Source: Clostridia bacterium (GTDB lineage Bacteria; Bacillota; Clostridia; Christensenellales; UBA1242). Taken from it: a stretch of DNA of 64,000 bases. The stretch spans positions 64,093 through 128,092 of the forward strand of contig JAEEMI010000019.1 in the NCBI GenBank assembly GCA_016283155.1, in the 5' to 3' direction. Below the pieces are notes generated by a model. It was not told the origin of the DNA. It did no database searches and saw only the letters and a list, made by a program, of their open reading frames with translations. A program made the translations under genes and the position numbers. Positions 26,304 through 34,513 of the stretch are shown in pieces (the stretch's first letter is position 1; every line of letters starts with the position of its first letter).

Positions 26304-27467
26304 TTATACATTTTCATCATAAAATCTAAGCACTGCTTCCTTATATTGTTTTTTTATGTCAATTTGATTCATTTTACAGAATTGGATTAGTTCAAGTTCA
26401 CGTCCTTTAGCATATTCAAGTGCATTTAATAAATGTTTTTCCGGAGCTGAATTCATTTTAATAATTTTTTGTAATGTTTTCTTTCGACGAAATGCCGCAA
26501 TTAAGATTCCCGTTGAAGCACCAAAAAGTAAGACAGCAATGGCACCTCCACCACCCCAAACCATCATATCAACCCAATTAGAATTATCTTCAACCAAATC
26601 CTTTTCAAATTCAACAACCAATTCAGTATTAGAAATGATTGAATATAAACGTATTTGATACGTACCGTCAGGTTCAATTTCGGGTAATTTTAGCACGACA
26701 TTATCACGAGAAATGGAACGTAATTTATAACCTTGATCAGGTGTAATTTTGAAATCTTTTCCTTCCGCATAATAAGCAGTAATACTATCTGATGTTACTG
26801 AACCATTTCCAATAATTTTAACTGTAATTAAGAAAACAGTTGGTTGCGCATATCCAGTTAAAACAAGATCAGTTGCCGGCATAGCGAAAGACTGTTGACC
26901 AAGATTTAGTTTGAAATTTTGTGAAAAATCAGTATCATTACATTCATCAATTTTCCAAGTATACCATTCGTTTCCCTTACGTAAAGTAGGTATCAAATCG
27001 ACAGTTGAGCCATATAGATATTCTCCCCCACCTGTTATCTCTGAAATACCAGTTCCCGCCGTATCAATTGTTACAGTATAAAGATTACGTTGATAATAAA
27101 TATTTACCACAGTATCGTCCATATTACTTATAACTTCTTGATTAAAAGCCATAGCGGTAAAACCTTTAATAGATTTAGCTGATGCTGCAGTAATTGAACC
27201 ATCAAGACCAGTAAGTTCATCAGTTGTATACAATTCATATTGATGTGGCTCACTTGAGTTTAAATCATAGATTTCTTCTAAGTAATGATTAACAATATAA
27301 TGATGTTCAGAAGACATTGGATATATTTTTAAAGTTTCTTTTTGAGTTAATTGAAAGAAATAATCATATTCAATAATTGGTTTCGAAACTAACATTACCA
27401 GCGAAAAACAGATTAAAACAACAATAGAATAAATTAATTGCTTAAACCTATCCCCCACTTGTTTCAT
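26304..27467 (-). CDS. membrane protein with divergent InlB B-repeat-like domains
   Basis: N-terminal TM segment. Repeats YTVTIDTAGTGISEITGGGEYLYGSTVDL and ITVKIIGNGSVTSD...ITPDQGYKL. C-terminal TM segment plus a short cytoplasmic tail. Confidence 0.6.
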   Translation of the reverse strand: MKQVGDRFKQLIYSIVVLICFSLVMLVSKPIIEYDYFFQLTQKETLKIYPMSSEHHYIVNHYLEEIYDLNSSEPHQYELYTTDELTGLDGSITAASAKSIKGFTAMAFNQEVISNMDDTVVNIYYQRNLYTVTIDTAGTGISEITGGGEYLYGSTVDLIPTLRKGNEWYTWKIDECNDTDFSQNFKLNLGQQSFAMPATDLVLTGYAQPTVFLITVKIIGNGSVTSDSITAYYAEGKDFKITPDQGYKLRSISRDNVVLKLPEIEPDGTYQIRLYSIISNTELVVEFEKDLVEDNSNWVDMMVWGGGGAIAVLLFGASTGILIAAFRRKKTLQKIIKMNSAPEKHLLNALEYAKGRELELIQFCKMNQIDIKKQYKEAVLRFYDENV

Positions 27468-27520
27468 AATTTGTTATAAACAACATAATTTGCCAAACCT
27501 TTTTTGTCAATGAATTTAGA

Positions 27521-27550
27521 TTGACAAGGATAAAACACTTATAGTATAAT
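27521..27550 (+). promoter_or_regulatory. consensus sigmaA promoter for tRNA-Asp
   Basis: TTGACA, 18-nt spacer, TATAAT, located 13 nt upstream of the tRNA. Confidence 0.65.
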
Positions 27551-27562
27551 CATAATGTGTTT

Positions 27563-27639
27563 GGCCCGCTAGCTCAGTTGGTTAGAGCGCATGCCTGTCA
27601 CGCATGAGGTCGACAGTTCAAGTCTGTTGCGGGTCGCCA
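27563..27639 (+). tRNA. tRNA-Asp (GTC), CCA encoded
   Basis: GGCCCGCTAGCTCAGTTGGTTAGAGC...CCTGTCACG...GGTCGACAGTTCAAGTCTGTTGCGGGTCGCCA cloverleaf. Confidence 0.92.
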
Positions 27640-27669
27640 AAAAAGGAGTTGGAAACAACTCCTTTTTTG
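27640..27669. terminator. bidirectional rho-independent terminator
   Basis: Stem AAGGAGTTG / CAACTCCTT with loop GAAA, flanked by an A-run and a T-run. It serves tRNA-Asp (+) and the convergent MBL gene (-). Confidence 0.8.
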
Positions 27670-27687
27670 TTGTCTTAAATTTAATAA

Positions 27688-28848
27688 TTATACAATCCAA
27701 GCAGTTGGCGTTCGTCGATTTGATTTAAACCAATCCGTATCTTTTAGCAATGTGCCATTATTACTACACGCAACGGTTACAGTTGTATCATCACGATTAC
27801 AATAAACAACAATGTTTCCATTCATTGATTCAAATTTGCATGCTTTGTAATCAACACATAAGGTTGTAACAAAAACACGCGCAGTACCATATTGGGCAAC
27901 ACGATCAATAAAATCTTGAGTTGGAAATTGATTATCATTATTAGTAGTATACTCACTACTACCGGCACAACAACAAACACAAACATTTTTAGGTTTGATG
28001 ACATTTAACAACGTAGCAGATGAACTAGTTTTAGACCCGTGATGACCTGCTTTATAAAGTTCAACTTGATGTAAAGTGTTACGATTAACCAAAGATTCTT
28101 CTCCGTCGGATTCTAAATCTCCGGTGAACAAATAATATTTATTATTTTGGACAACTTGACAACATACAGAGTTATTATTTTCATCGCTTGCTGCTTCGTA
28201 ATAATATTTTTGATCCAAAATTTCTAATTTGACATCGGTACTCAAATTATAAATTCTTTGTGCTCCATCTGTTTCTTCAATGCATTGACGAGCATTATAA
28301 ACTGTAGTATGACAACGTGATTTTAATTCGTCAATTTCACGACAATAATTGTTATAAACTATAGTCGAACTAGTGTGATAAACAAATTGAATTACATTCT
28401 CAACATCATAACTATCAAAAATACTTTTTGTATTCTCAGAAGTACCAAAACCAGCAATATGATCACGGTGTGCGTGAGTAACAATAACATATTCAATTGT
28501 GCCATCTTCAATATATTGATCAAGATAGTTTTTAATTACTGGAACAGAATTTACACGTGAACCAGCATCAATTAAGACTTCAGTATTACCGACTTTGATT
28601 AAAGTACAATCTCCCGCATATTTGTTTCCTAACTCAAGAAAATGGATGGAAAGGTCTTGACTTTTAATCGTTGCAATATCAAGTTCACCACTAACAACCA
28701 CACCACTATCAAATTTTTGTGTAGTTGGAATGGTAAAACTATCAGGAATTGTTAGATAGATTACAGCAATTGCACTAAAAACAAATCCAATCAAAAAACT
28801 AAAAATCGAAGATATTATAATCGGTTTTTTTGAACGTTTTTTTGCCAT
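27688..28848 (-). CDS. membrane-anchored MBL-fold hydrolase (ComEC C-terminal-domain-like)
   Basis: N-terminal TM segment. Motifs VIVTHAHRDHIAGF, FTGDLESDGE and YKAGHHGSKTSS. Confidence 0.75.
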   Translation of the reverse strand: MAKKRSKKPIIISSIFSFLIGFVFSAIAVIYLTIPDSFTIPTTQKFDSGVVVSGELDIATIKSQDLSIHFLELGNKYAGDCTLIKVGNTEVLIDAGSRVNSVPVIKNYLDQYIEDGTIEYVIVTHAHRDHIAGFGTSENTKSIFDSYDVENVIQFVYHTSSTIVYNNYCREIDELKSRCHTTVYNARQCIEETDGAQRIYNLSTDVKLEILDQKYYYEAASDENNNSVCCQVVQNNKYYLFTGDLESDGEESLVNRNTLHQVELYKAGHHGSKTSSSATLLNVIKPKNVCVCCCAGSSEYTTNNDNQFPTQDFIDRVAQYGTARVFVTTLCVDYKACKFESMNGNIVVYCNRDDTTVTVACSNNGTLLKDTDWFKSNRRTPTAWIV

Positions 28849-28849
28849 A

Positions 28850-29329
28850 TCAATCCTCCGACCTTAAAACTGTAACATTACGTATTAATTGCACAGTTCG
28901 ATATTTTAAATTAGTCGAAGTATATACAACATAATAAAAACCATCGATAGACGGGTCGATTTGCTCAACTTCACAGGTATCATGCGTAATATCTTCACGA
29001 TATAAATATTTTATTTTAACACTATCAGAAACATCCTGTCCAAAAGCCACACATTTTACATTTAATTCTTCATAAGTACTAGGATTACCTTCGCCGCCAA
29101 TCGTCAAATCTATTTTTCCTGCTAATTGAATCATTTCAAAACAGTCATCTTTTGTTAAGACGTGCAAACCGAAACCACCTAATAATATGCCTATAATTAA
29201 ACAAGCTAAAGTTATAATTATAAAACTTGATGACATTCCACGATTGTCAATTTTAAAACCAGTAACCTTTAGCTTCGGTTTAGTGGTTTTAACAGCTTTA
29301 ACATTATGATATTTTTTCGTTATTGCCAC
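28850..29329 (-). CDS. single-pass membrane protein with Ig-like (DUF5011-type) ectodomain
   Basis: TM segment FIIITLACLIIGILLGGFGL. The ectodomain ends in GFYYVVYTSTNLKYRTVQLIRNVTV. Confidence 0.5.
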   Translation of the reverse strand: MAITKKYHNVKAVKTTKPKLKVTGFKIDNRGMSSSFIIITLACLIIGILLGGFGLHVLTKDDCFEMIQLAGKIDLTIGGEGNPSTYEELNVKCVAFGQDVSDSVKIKYLYREDITHDTCEVEQIDPSIDGFYYVVYTSTNLKYRTVQLIRNVTVLRSED

Positions 29330-29387
29330 AATAAATTATATCGTGTAATTAAGATTGGGGCAACCTATTCAAATTACCTCTTATCAA

Positions 29388-29645
29388 TTATTTTTCAGTT
29401 GAATTTGATGTATTCTTATCAAATGTCATTTTAGAATTTTTATGACTTGATTTCGTTTTTTTACTACTAAATTGAGTACCTGTATCATCAATCCAACCAG
29501 CTAAACTACTACTCATTTCAATAAAAGTATCTTTAATTGATTTACCAATTTTTTTCATTGGATTATTTCGTTTCTGTTTTTGATGTGTTGCATTTGTTTT
29601 ATTTTCCATATCGTTATTATGTGTCACCGGTGGCAAATTATACAC
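29388..29645 (-). CDS. hypothetical small basic protein (85 aa or shorter)
   Basis: ORF only, with several internal Met alternatives. Confidence 0.3.
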   Translation of the reverse strand: MYNLPPVTHNNDMENKTNATHQKQKRNNPMKKIGKSIKDTFIEMSSSLAGWIDDTGTQFSSKKTKSSHKNSKMTFDKNTSNSTEK

Positions 29646-29772
29646 TTATTTGCATACAAGTATTTATGACAATCAAACAAGATTTTTATGAATCCCCTGC
29701 TGCTACAGAAATGACAAATGCTTACAATAAATGTATCAATAACCAATATCATAATGACTGTTTTTTTTTGGT

Positions 29773-29801
29773 TTGCTTATTTTTAGCGCTGAATATATAA
29801 T
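29773..29801 (+). promoter_or_regulatory. sigmaA-type promoter placed 7 nt from the glyA ATG
   Basis: TTGCTT, 17-nt spacer, TATAAT. The predicted +1 is the A of the ATG at 29808. No SD. Confidence 0.5.
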
Positions 29802-29807
29802 GTATTA

Positions 29808-30992
29808 ATGAGCAAAATACAAAAACTAATCAAAGAAGAAAACAAACGTCAATGGAGTAAAATTAATCTAATTGCTAGCGAAAACATCGCTAGTAAAGAT
29901 GTAATGAAAGCAATGGGAAGTTGCTTAACCAACAAATATGCAGAAGGATATCCAGGAGCACGTTACTATTCTGGATGTGAGGTGGTTGACAAAGTTGAAG
30001 ATTATTGTCGCGAGTTAGCGTGTAAATTATTCAATGCTGATCACGCAAACGTGCAACCACACTGCGGATCTGGCGCTAATATGGCAGTTTATATGGCTGT
30101 GTTGAAACCTGGCGACACAATTCTATCAATGTCATTGGACGCTGGTGGACATCTTTCACACGGAGCTAAAGTTTCTTTTTCAGGTAAACTTTACAATGTA
30201 ATTAATTATGGTTTAGACGAAAATGGAATTTTGGATTACAAAAACTTGGAAAAACTAGCCAAAGAAAATCAGCCCAAAATCATTGTTGCAGGATGTAGTG
30301 CTTACAGTTTAATCATTGATTTTGAACGAATCGCCAAAGTCGCTAAGTCTGTTGGGGCAATCTTTATGGTTGATATGGCACACTTCGCTGGTTTAGTGGC
30401 AGCTGGTCTCTATCCAAATCCAATGAAGTGGGCTGATATTGTTACTACAACCACACATAAAACTTTACGTGGTCCTCGTGGTGGTATGATTTTATGTAAA
30501 GAAGAATTTGCAAAAGCCATCGATAAAGCGGTTTTCCCCGGCTGTCAAGGTGGTCCATTGATGCACGTAATTGCAGCTAAAGCAGTTTGTTTGGAAGAAG
30601 CATTCAAAAAAGAATATCGCAACTATATTGCACGCGTTGTACAAAATGCAAACTATCTATGCGAAGAATTAAAGAAAGCCGGTATTAAAATTATTTCTGA
30701 AAAAACACAAACCCATATGTTCTTAATCGATTTACGTGACACTAATAAATCAGGTCGTCAAGTACAAGATGAATTGGAACAAAAATATGGCATTGTTACT
30801 AACAAAAATAAAATTCAAAACGACCCACGCACCGCTGTCGAAACCAGTGGTGTGCGCATCGGCTTACCATTTATTACTAACTTGAAAAAAGTCGACCATA
30901 ATGTTTTGGACGAAATTAAAGAATGTATTGTTTCGGTTGTCTTAGATAAACCTGCCCCAGTACTAAAATACATTCCGAAAATTTTTAAATAA
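29808..30992 (+). CDS. glyA: serine hydroxymethyltransferase
   Basis: LIASENIASKDVM, NKYAEGYPGARYY, TTTTHKTLRGPRGG (PLP Lys), and FPGCQGGPLMH. Confidence 0.95.
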   Translation: MSKIQKLIKEENKRQWSKINLIASENIASKDVMKAMGSCLTNKYAEGYPGARYYSGCEVVDKVEDYCRELACKLFNADHANVQPHCGSGANMAVYMAVLKPGDTILSMSLDAGGHLSHGAKVSFSGKLYNVINYGLDENGILDYKNLEKLAKENQPKIIVAGCSAYSLIIDFERIAKVAKSVGAIFMVDMAHFAGLVAAGLYPNPMKWADIVTTTTHKTLRGPRGGMILCKEEFAKAIDKAVFPGCQGGPLMHVIAAKAVCLEEAFKKEYRNYIARVVQNANYLCEELKKAGIKIISEKTQTHMFLIDLRDTNKSGRQVQDELEQKYGIVTNKNKIQNDPRTAVETSGVRIGLPFITNLKKVDHNVLDEIKECIVSVVLDKPAPVLKYIPKIFK

Positions 30993-31000
30993 ACAATAAA

Positions 31001-31789
31001 TTATTTAGTTTTTGAAGCGGTTTGACCATTTGGTTTAATCGCTTTTTTAGTTTCATTTTTCTTTGCAGTTTCAGAAGCAAAAATTTTGTCAAAATGATCT
31101 AACATTTTTTGATCAGCAGCAGCAATATGATTACCTTGACAATTCTTAGTTAATCCACCAGCCATTTTAACTAAATACATTCCCGGTAAATAATCCCATT
31201 TACTATCGGCACGCAAATAATATCCCTTAAGACGTCCTGCCGCCACCCAAGCATAAACTACCGCAGCAGAGTTAATTTCACGGAAATTACGATAATTAAC
31301 CAAATCACGTTCGTGTATGGTTATTGCCGGTAAATTATTTCCAGTTATTGCAAAAATTTGGTTTTTGTCTTGATTATTCGGCACAATTTCCAAACGTTCA
31401 CCATTCAAGAATGCACCATCGCAATCCGCATAATACAATTCGTCCAATTTAGGTAAATAAATTACACTACAAACGACTTCACCATTCTCTACTGCAGCAA
31501 TTTGCAACCCCCACAATGGAATACCCGCAGCAAAATTTATTGTGCCATCGATTGGATCAATTACAAAACAATTTGAAGTTAATGGCTTATCCGGATTAAA
31601 TTCTTCGCTAATAATTTCATAGTCAGGATATTTATGAATTAATTTATCAATTAAAAAGTTTTCAACTTCGTGATCACAATCGGTGACTAAATCACCATAG
31701 TTATCTTTGTTATAAATTTTAAATGATTTTTCGGTTATTTTTGCGGCTTGTTGGATGATTCCGCAAAGATATTTTGTAATCTTTTGCAT
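31001..31789 (-). CDS. inositol monophosphatase/SuhB-family phosphatase (paralog 1) with Lys-rich C-terminal tail
   Basis: ISEEF, VIDPIDGTINFAAGIPLWG and WDYLPG motifs. Confidence 0.85.
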   Translation of the reverse strand: MQKITKYLCGIIQQAAKITEKSFKIYNKDNYGDLVTDCDHEVENFLIDKLIHKYPDYEIISEEFNPDKPLTSNCFVIDPIDGTINFAAGIPLWGLQIAAVENGEVVCSVIYLPKLDELYYADCDGAFLNGERLEIVPNNQDKNQIFAITGNNLPAITIHERDLVNYRNFREINSAAVVYAWVAAGRLKGYYLRADSKWDYLPGMYLVKMAGGLTKNCQGNHIAAADQKMLDHFDKIFASETAKKNETKKAIKPNGQTASKTK

Positions 31790-32916
31790 ATGACGTTATT
31801 ATAACAATTCTCAACTAACGTGTCAAAATCTAATTTTTTTTCTTCTTCTAAGACTGTATTAAGATTAGGTTTTATTGTTGGATGAGTTGGTACAAATACA
31901 GTACAACAGTCTTCATATGGTAAAATACTAATTTGATATGTTCCGATTTGTTTAGCGACATCAATAATTTCGTTTTTATCAAAACAAATCAATGGTCTTA
32001 AAATCGGTAGTCGTTTGGCTACAAAATTATTACTTGTTATACCTTGAATAGTTTGACTAGCAACTTGTGCTAAATTTTCACCTGTAAAAATACAATCTGC
32101 ACCATTTGCAACGCCAATTTTTTCAGCTAGCGCAACCATAAAACGGCGCATTAATGTAATTGTATATTGGTCGTGGCATTTCTTTTGAATTTGTGAACCA
32201 ATTTCAGTAAATGGCACGACGTATAAATTACCGGTATTACCGTAAGAATTTACTTTCTCACACAAGGAAACAACTTTTTGTAAGGCTAATTCACTGGTAT
32301 ATGGTGGCGTTGAGAAATGCACAAAATCAACTACCAATCCACGTTTCATCGCCAAGAAAGCGGCTACAGGACTATCAATACCACCCGAAATTAAACAAAC
32401 AGCACGACCAGAAACACCAACAGGTAGACCTCCTAAACCACGTTCACAACCAGTTGAAATAAATGCTATTCCATTTTGACGAATTTCAATTTGGACTATT
32501 GTTTCTGGATTTTGCACGTCAACTTTAGCTGATGAATTATGCTTTAATATAACGTCGCCACATTGTGGTGCAAAAATCGGACTTTTAACTGGGAAATTTT
32601 TATCAGCACGATTTACGACAACTTTAAAAGTTCCACTGACTTTAACTGTCGTTAAATAATTCAATATATCTGTTGGTGTTGTATAATTAATTGAATCACA
32701 AACACGAATATGTGTTAATCCGAACACTTTTTTTAATGCGGCAACAACTGGTTGAGATTCCGTAAAATTTGTAACTAAAATCCTTGTATCTTTAACTTCT
32801 GCCCTTACATTTTGAGGTAATGAGCGACGAATGTTTTGCATCAATGTACGCAAAAAGAAACCACGGTTAGCGCCCTTCAAATGAATTTCGCCATAACTAC
32901 AAACAATAATACTCAT
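31735..32916 (-). CDS. thiI: tRNA 4-thiouridine synthase ThiI
   Basis: THUMP-like N-terminus and PP-loop LISGGIDSPVA. The 3' end overlaps the IMPase start by 55 nt. Confidence 0.88.
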   Translation of the reverse strand: MSIIVCSYGEIHLKGANRGFFLRTLMQNIRRSLPQNVRAEVKDTRILVTNFTESQPVVAALKKVFGLTHIRVCDSINYTTPTDILNYLTTVKVSGTFKVVVNRADKNFPVKSPIFAPQCGDVILKHNSSAKVDVQNPETIVQIEIRQNGIAFISTGCERGLGGLPVGVSGRAVCLISGGIDSPVAAFLAMKRGLVVDFVHFSTPPYTSELALQKVVSLCEKVNSYGNTGNLYVVPFTEIGSQIQKKCHDQYTITLMRRFMVALAEKIGVANGADCIFTGENLAQVASQTIQGITSNNFVAKRLPILRPLICFDKNEIIDVAKQIGTYQISILPYEDCCTVFVPTHPTIKPNLNTVLEEEKKLDFDTLVENCYNNVICKRLQNIFAESSNKPQK

Positions 32917-33368
32917 TTATTTTTACGAGCCTCAATTTTTGAAAGAATTTTTTCGGCTTTTTTCTTATATGGATTATTCATATAAAAATCAAAATCTGTT
33001 AATGCTTGATCTAAATTTAAATTATGATCTTGATCTAATAATTGAAAAAAATCATTTTTCAAATCTTGATCGTCAGCTGACAAAATATAATTTAATAAAT
33101 TAGCTAGACATATTTCAGGGTTGTAATTAGGGCTATAACGTTCTGCCGAGATTTCAACAGCTAGTGATTTAATTTTATTTAATTTTTCTGCTAATTCATT
33201 ATCATTTTTAACAACTTGGTTGTTATTGGAAACACTGTTAACTTCACTGTTAACTTCACTGCTAACCTCAACATTATTAACGACATATGACTCTGGAAAT
33301 GGAATCACTAAAGATTCAAACTCTTGGTCAAATTCATTAATGAGTTGATTTAAGTAAGTGTTTGTCAT
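32913..33368 (-). CDS. hypothetical acidic protein (151 aa)
   Basis: ORF overlapping both neighbours by a few nt, consistent with an operon. Contains an SEVNSEVNS micro-repeat. Confidence 0.5.
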   Translation of the reverse strand: MTNTYLNQLINEFDQEFESLVIPFPESYVVNNVEVSSEVNSEVNSVSNNNQVVKNDNELAEKLNKIKSLAVEISAERYSPNYNPEICLANLLNYILSADDQDLKNDFFQLLDQDHNLNLDQALTDFDFYMNNPYKKKAEKILSKIEARKNK

Positions 33369-34128
33369 TTTGCGATAACTTCCCCTTTTTATTCAAAAAT
33401 AATAATACCATACCTACCACTACTAATGCAATACTTAAAACAAAAGAAATACGATTAAATACAAAATCAGCAGTTGTTCCTGGAAATAAAAGACTATCAG
33501 TACGCATCGGTTCAATTAACGCACGTACGACACCATACCAGATTAAATAAGTTGCCGTTGCTGTACCGTGTTTTTTTTGTTTTAAATAAACCATTAACAA
33601 AATCCAAAAACCGATGAAGTTCAAAAAACTTTCATAAAAAAATGTAGCTAAATGGTATTCTTGTACTGCATCAATATAAACAGTAAACGGAAAGCAATGC
33701 CAATTCGTAACAGCACCATAGGCTTCTTGATTAACAAAGTTTCCCCAGCGACCGATACTTTGTCCTAAAATCAAGGACGGGACAATTAAATCAGTGACTG
33801 CAAAAACACTACATTTCTTAATTAAGCAATAAATTATTACGCCAAGTAAACCCCCAATTTCGGCACCATAGATAGCTAACCCTTGAAAACCACCATTTGA
33901 CATATCAAAAAAATCTGCCATTGTTAATTTATCAGAGAAAATAATATAATAAAGACGTGCGCCTAATATCGCTAATGGAACAAGTATTAACACTAAAACA
34001 TATGGAATATTACTGTCATAGCCACGTTTATGGCATAAAAAGTCACACAGAATAATACCAACCAAAAGTCCAATGGCTATGATTACACCATAATACGCGA
34101 TATGAATTCCGAAGATTTCAAATCCCAC
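33337..34128 (-). CDS. lgt: prolipoprotein diacylglyceryl transferase
   Basis: IHIAYYGVIIAIG, GRWGNFVNQEAYG and PMRTDSL motifs. Polytopic. Confidence 0.9.
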   Translation of the reverse strand: MGFEIFGIHIAYYGVIIAIGLLVGIILCDFLCHKRGYDSNIPYVLVLILVPLAILGARLYYIIFSDKLTMADFFDMSNGGFQGLAIYGAEIGGLLGVIIYCLIKKCSVFAVTDLIVPSLILGQSIGRWGNFVNQEAYGAVTNWHCFPFTVYIDAVQEYHLATFFYESFLNFIGFWILLMVYLKQKKHGTATATYLIWYGVVRALIEPMRTDSLLFPGTTADFVFNRISFVLSIALVVVGMVLLFLNKKGKLSQNDKHLLKSTH

Positions 34129-34156
34129 AATTTAATTATACCACATAAAATGAAAT

Positions 34157-34513
34157 ATGGAAGTAAAACGCGGCGAGATCTATTTCGCTAACCTTGGTGA
34201 CAGTACTTGTAACTTAAATAGTGAACAAGAAGGTTTTCGTCCCGTTTTAATCTTACAAAATAATATTGGTAATAAATATAGTCCCACTGTTATTGTGGCT
34301 TGTTTAACATCAAAAATATATAAGAACAGAATTCCAACTCACGTATTTATTAGTGCTGAAGATTATAATTTAAACTGTGATAGTCTGATTTTATGTGAAC
34401 AAATTAAAACCATTGACAAAGTTCGGCTGAAACATAAATTGACAACAATTAATTCTACCGACCAACAAAGAATTGACCGTGCCTTAAAATTAAGTTTGGG
34501 ACTTACCAATTAA
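34157..34513 (+). CDS. mazF: MazF/PemK/EndoA-family endoribonuclease toxin (solitary)
   Basis: Collinear with Bacillus EndoA/NdoA: VKRGEIYFANL, SEQEGFRPVLILQNNIGNKYSPTVIVACLTS, IPTHVFI, DSLILCEQIKTIDKVRL. Confidence 0.88.
   Translation: MEVKRGEIYFANLGDSTCNLNSEQEGFRPVLILQNNIGNKYSPTVIVACLTSKIYKNRIPTHVFISAEDYNLNCDSLILCEQIKTIDKVRLKHKLTTINSTDQQRIDRALKLSLGLTN

Noticed and set aside
33238-33270. A tandem 15-bp repeat (GTTAACTTCACT x2 plus a variant) as a possible regulatory or contingency repeat.
   Set aside because: It is in frame within the 151-aa ORF, encoding SEVNSEVNS. With only about 2.2 copies, it is ordinary low-complexity coding sequence.
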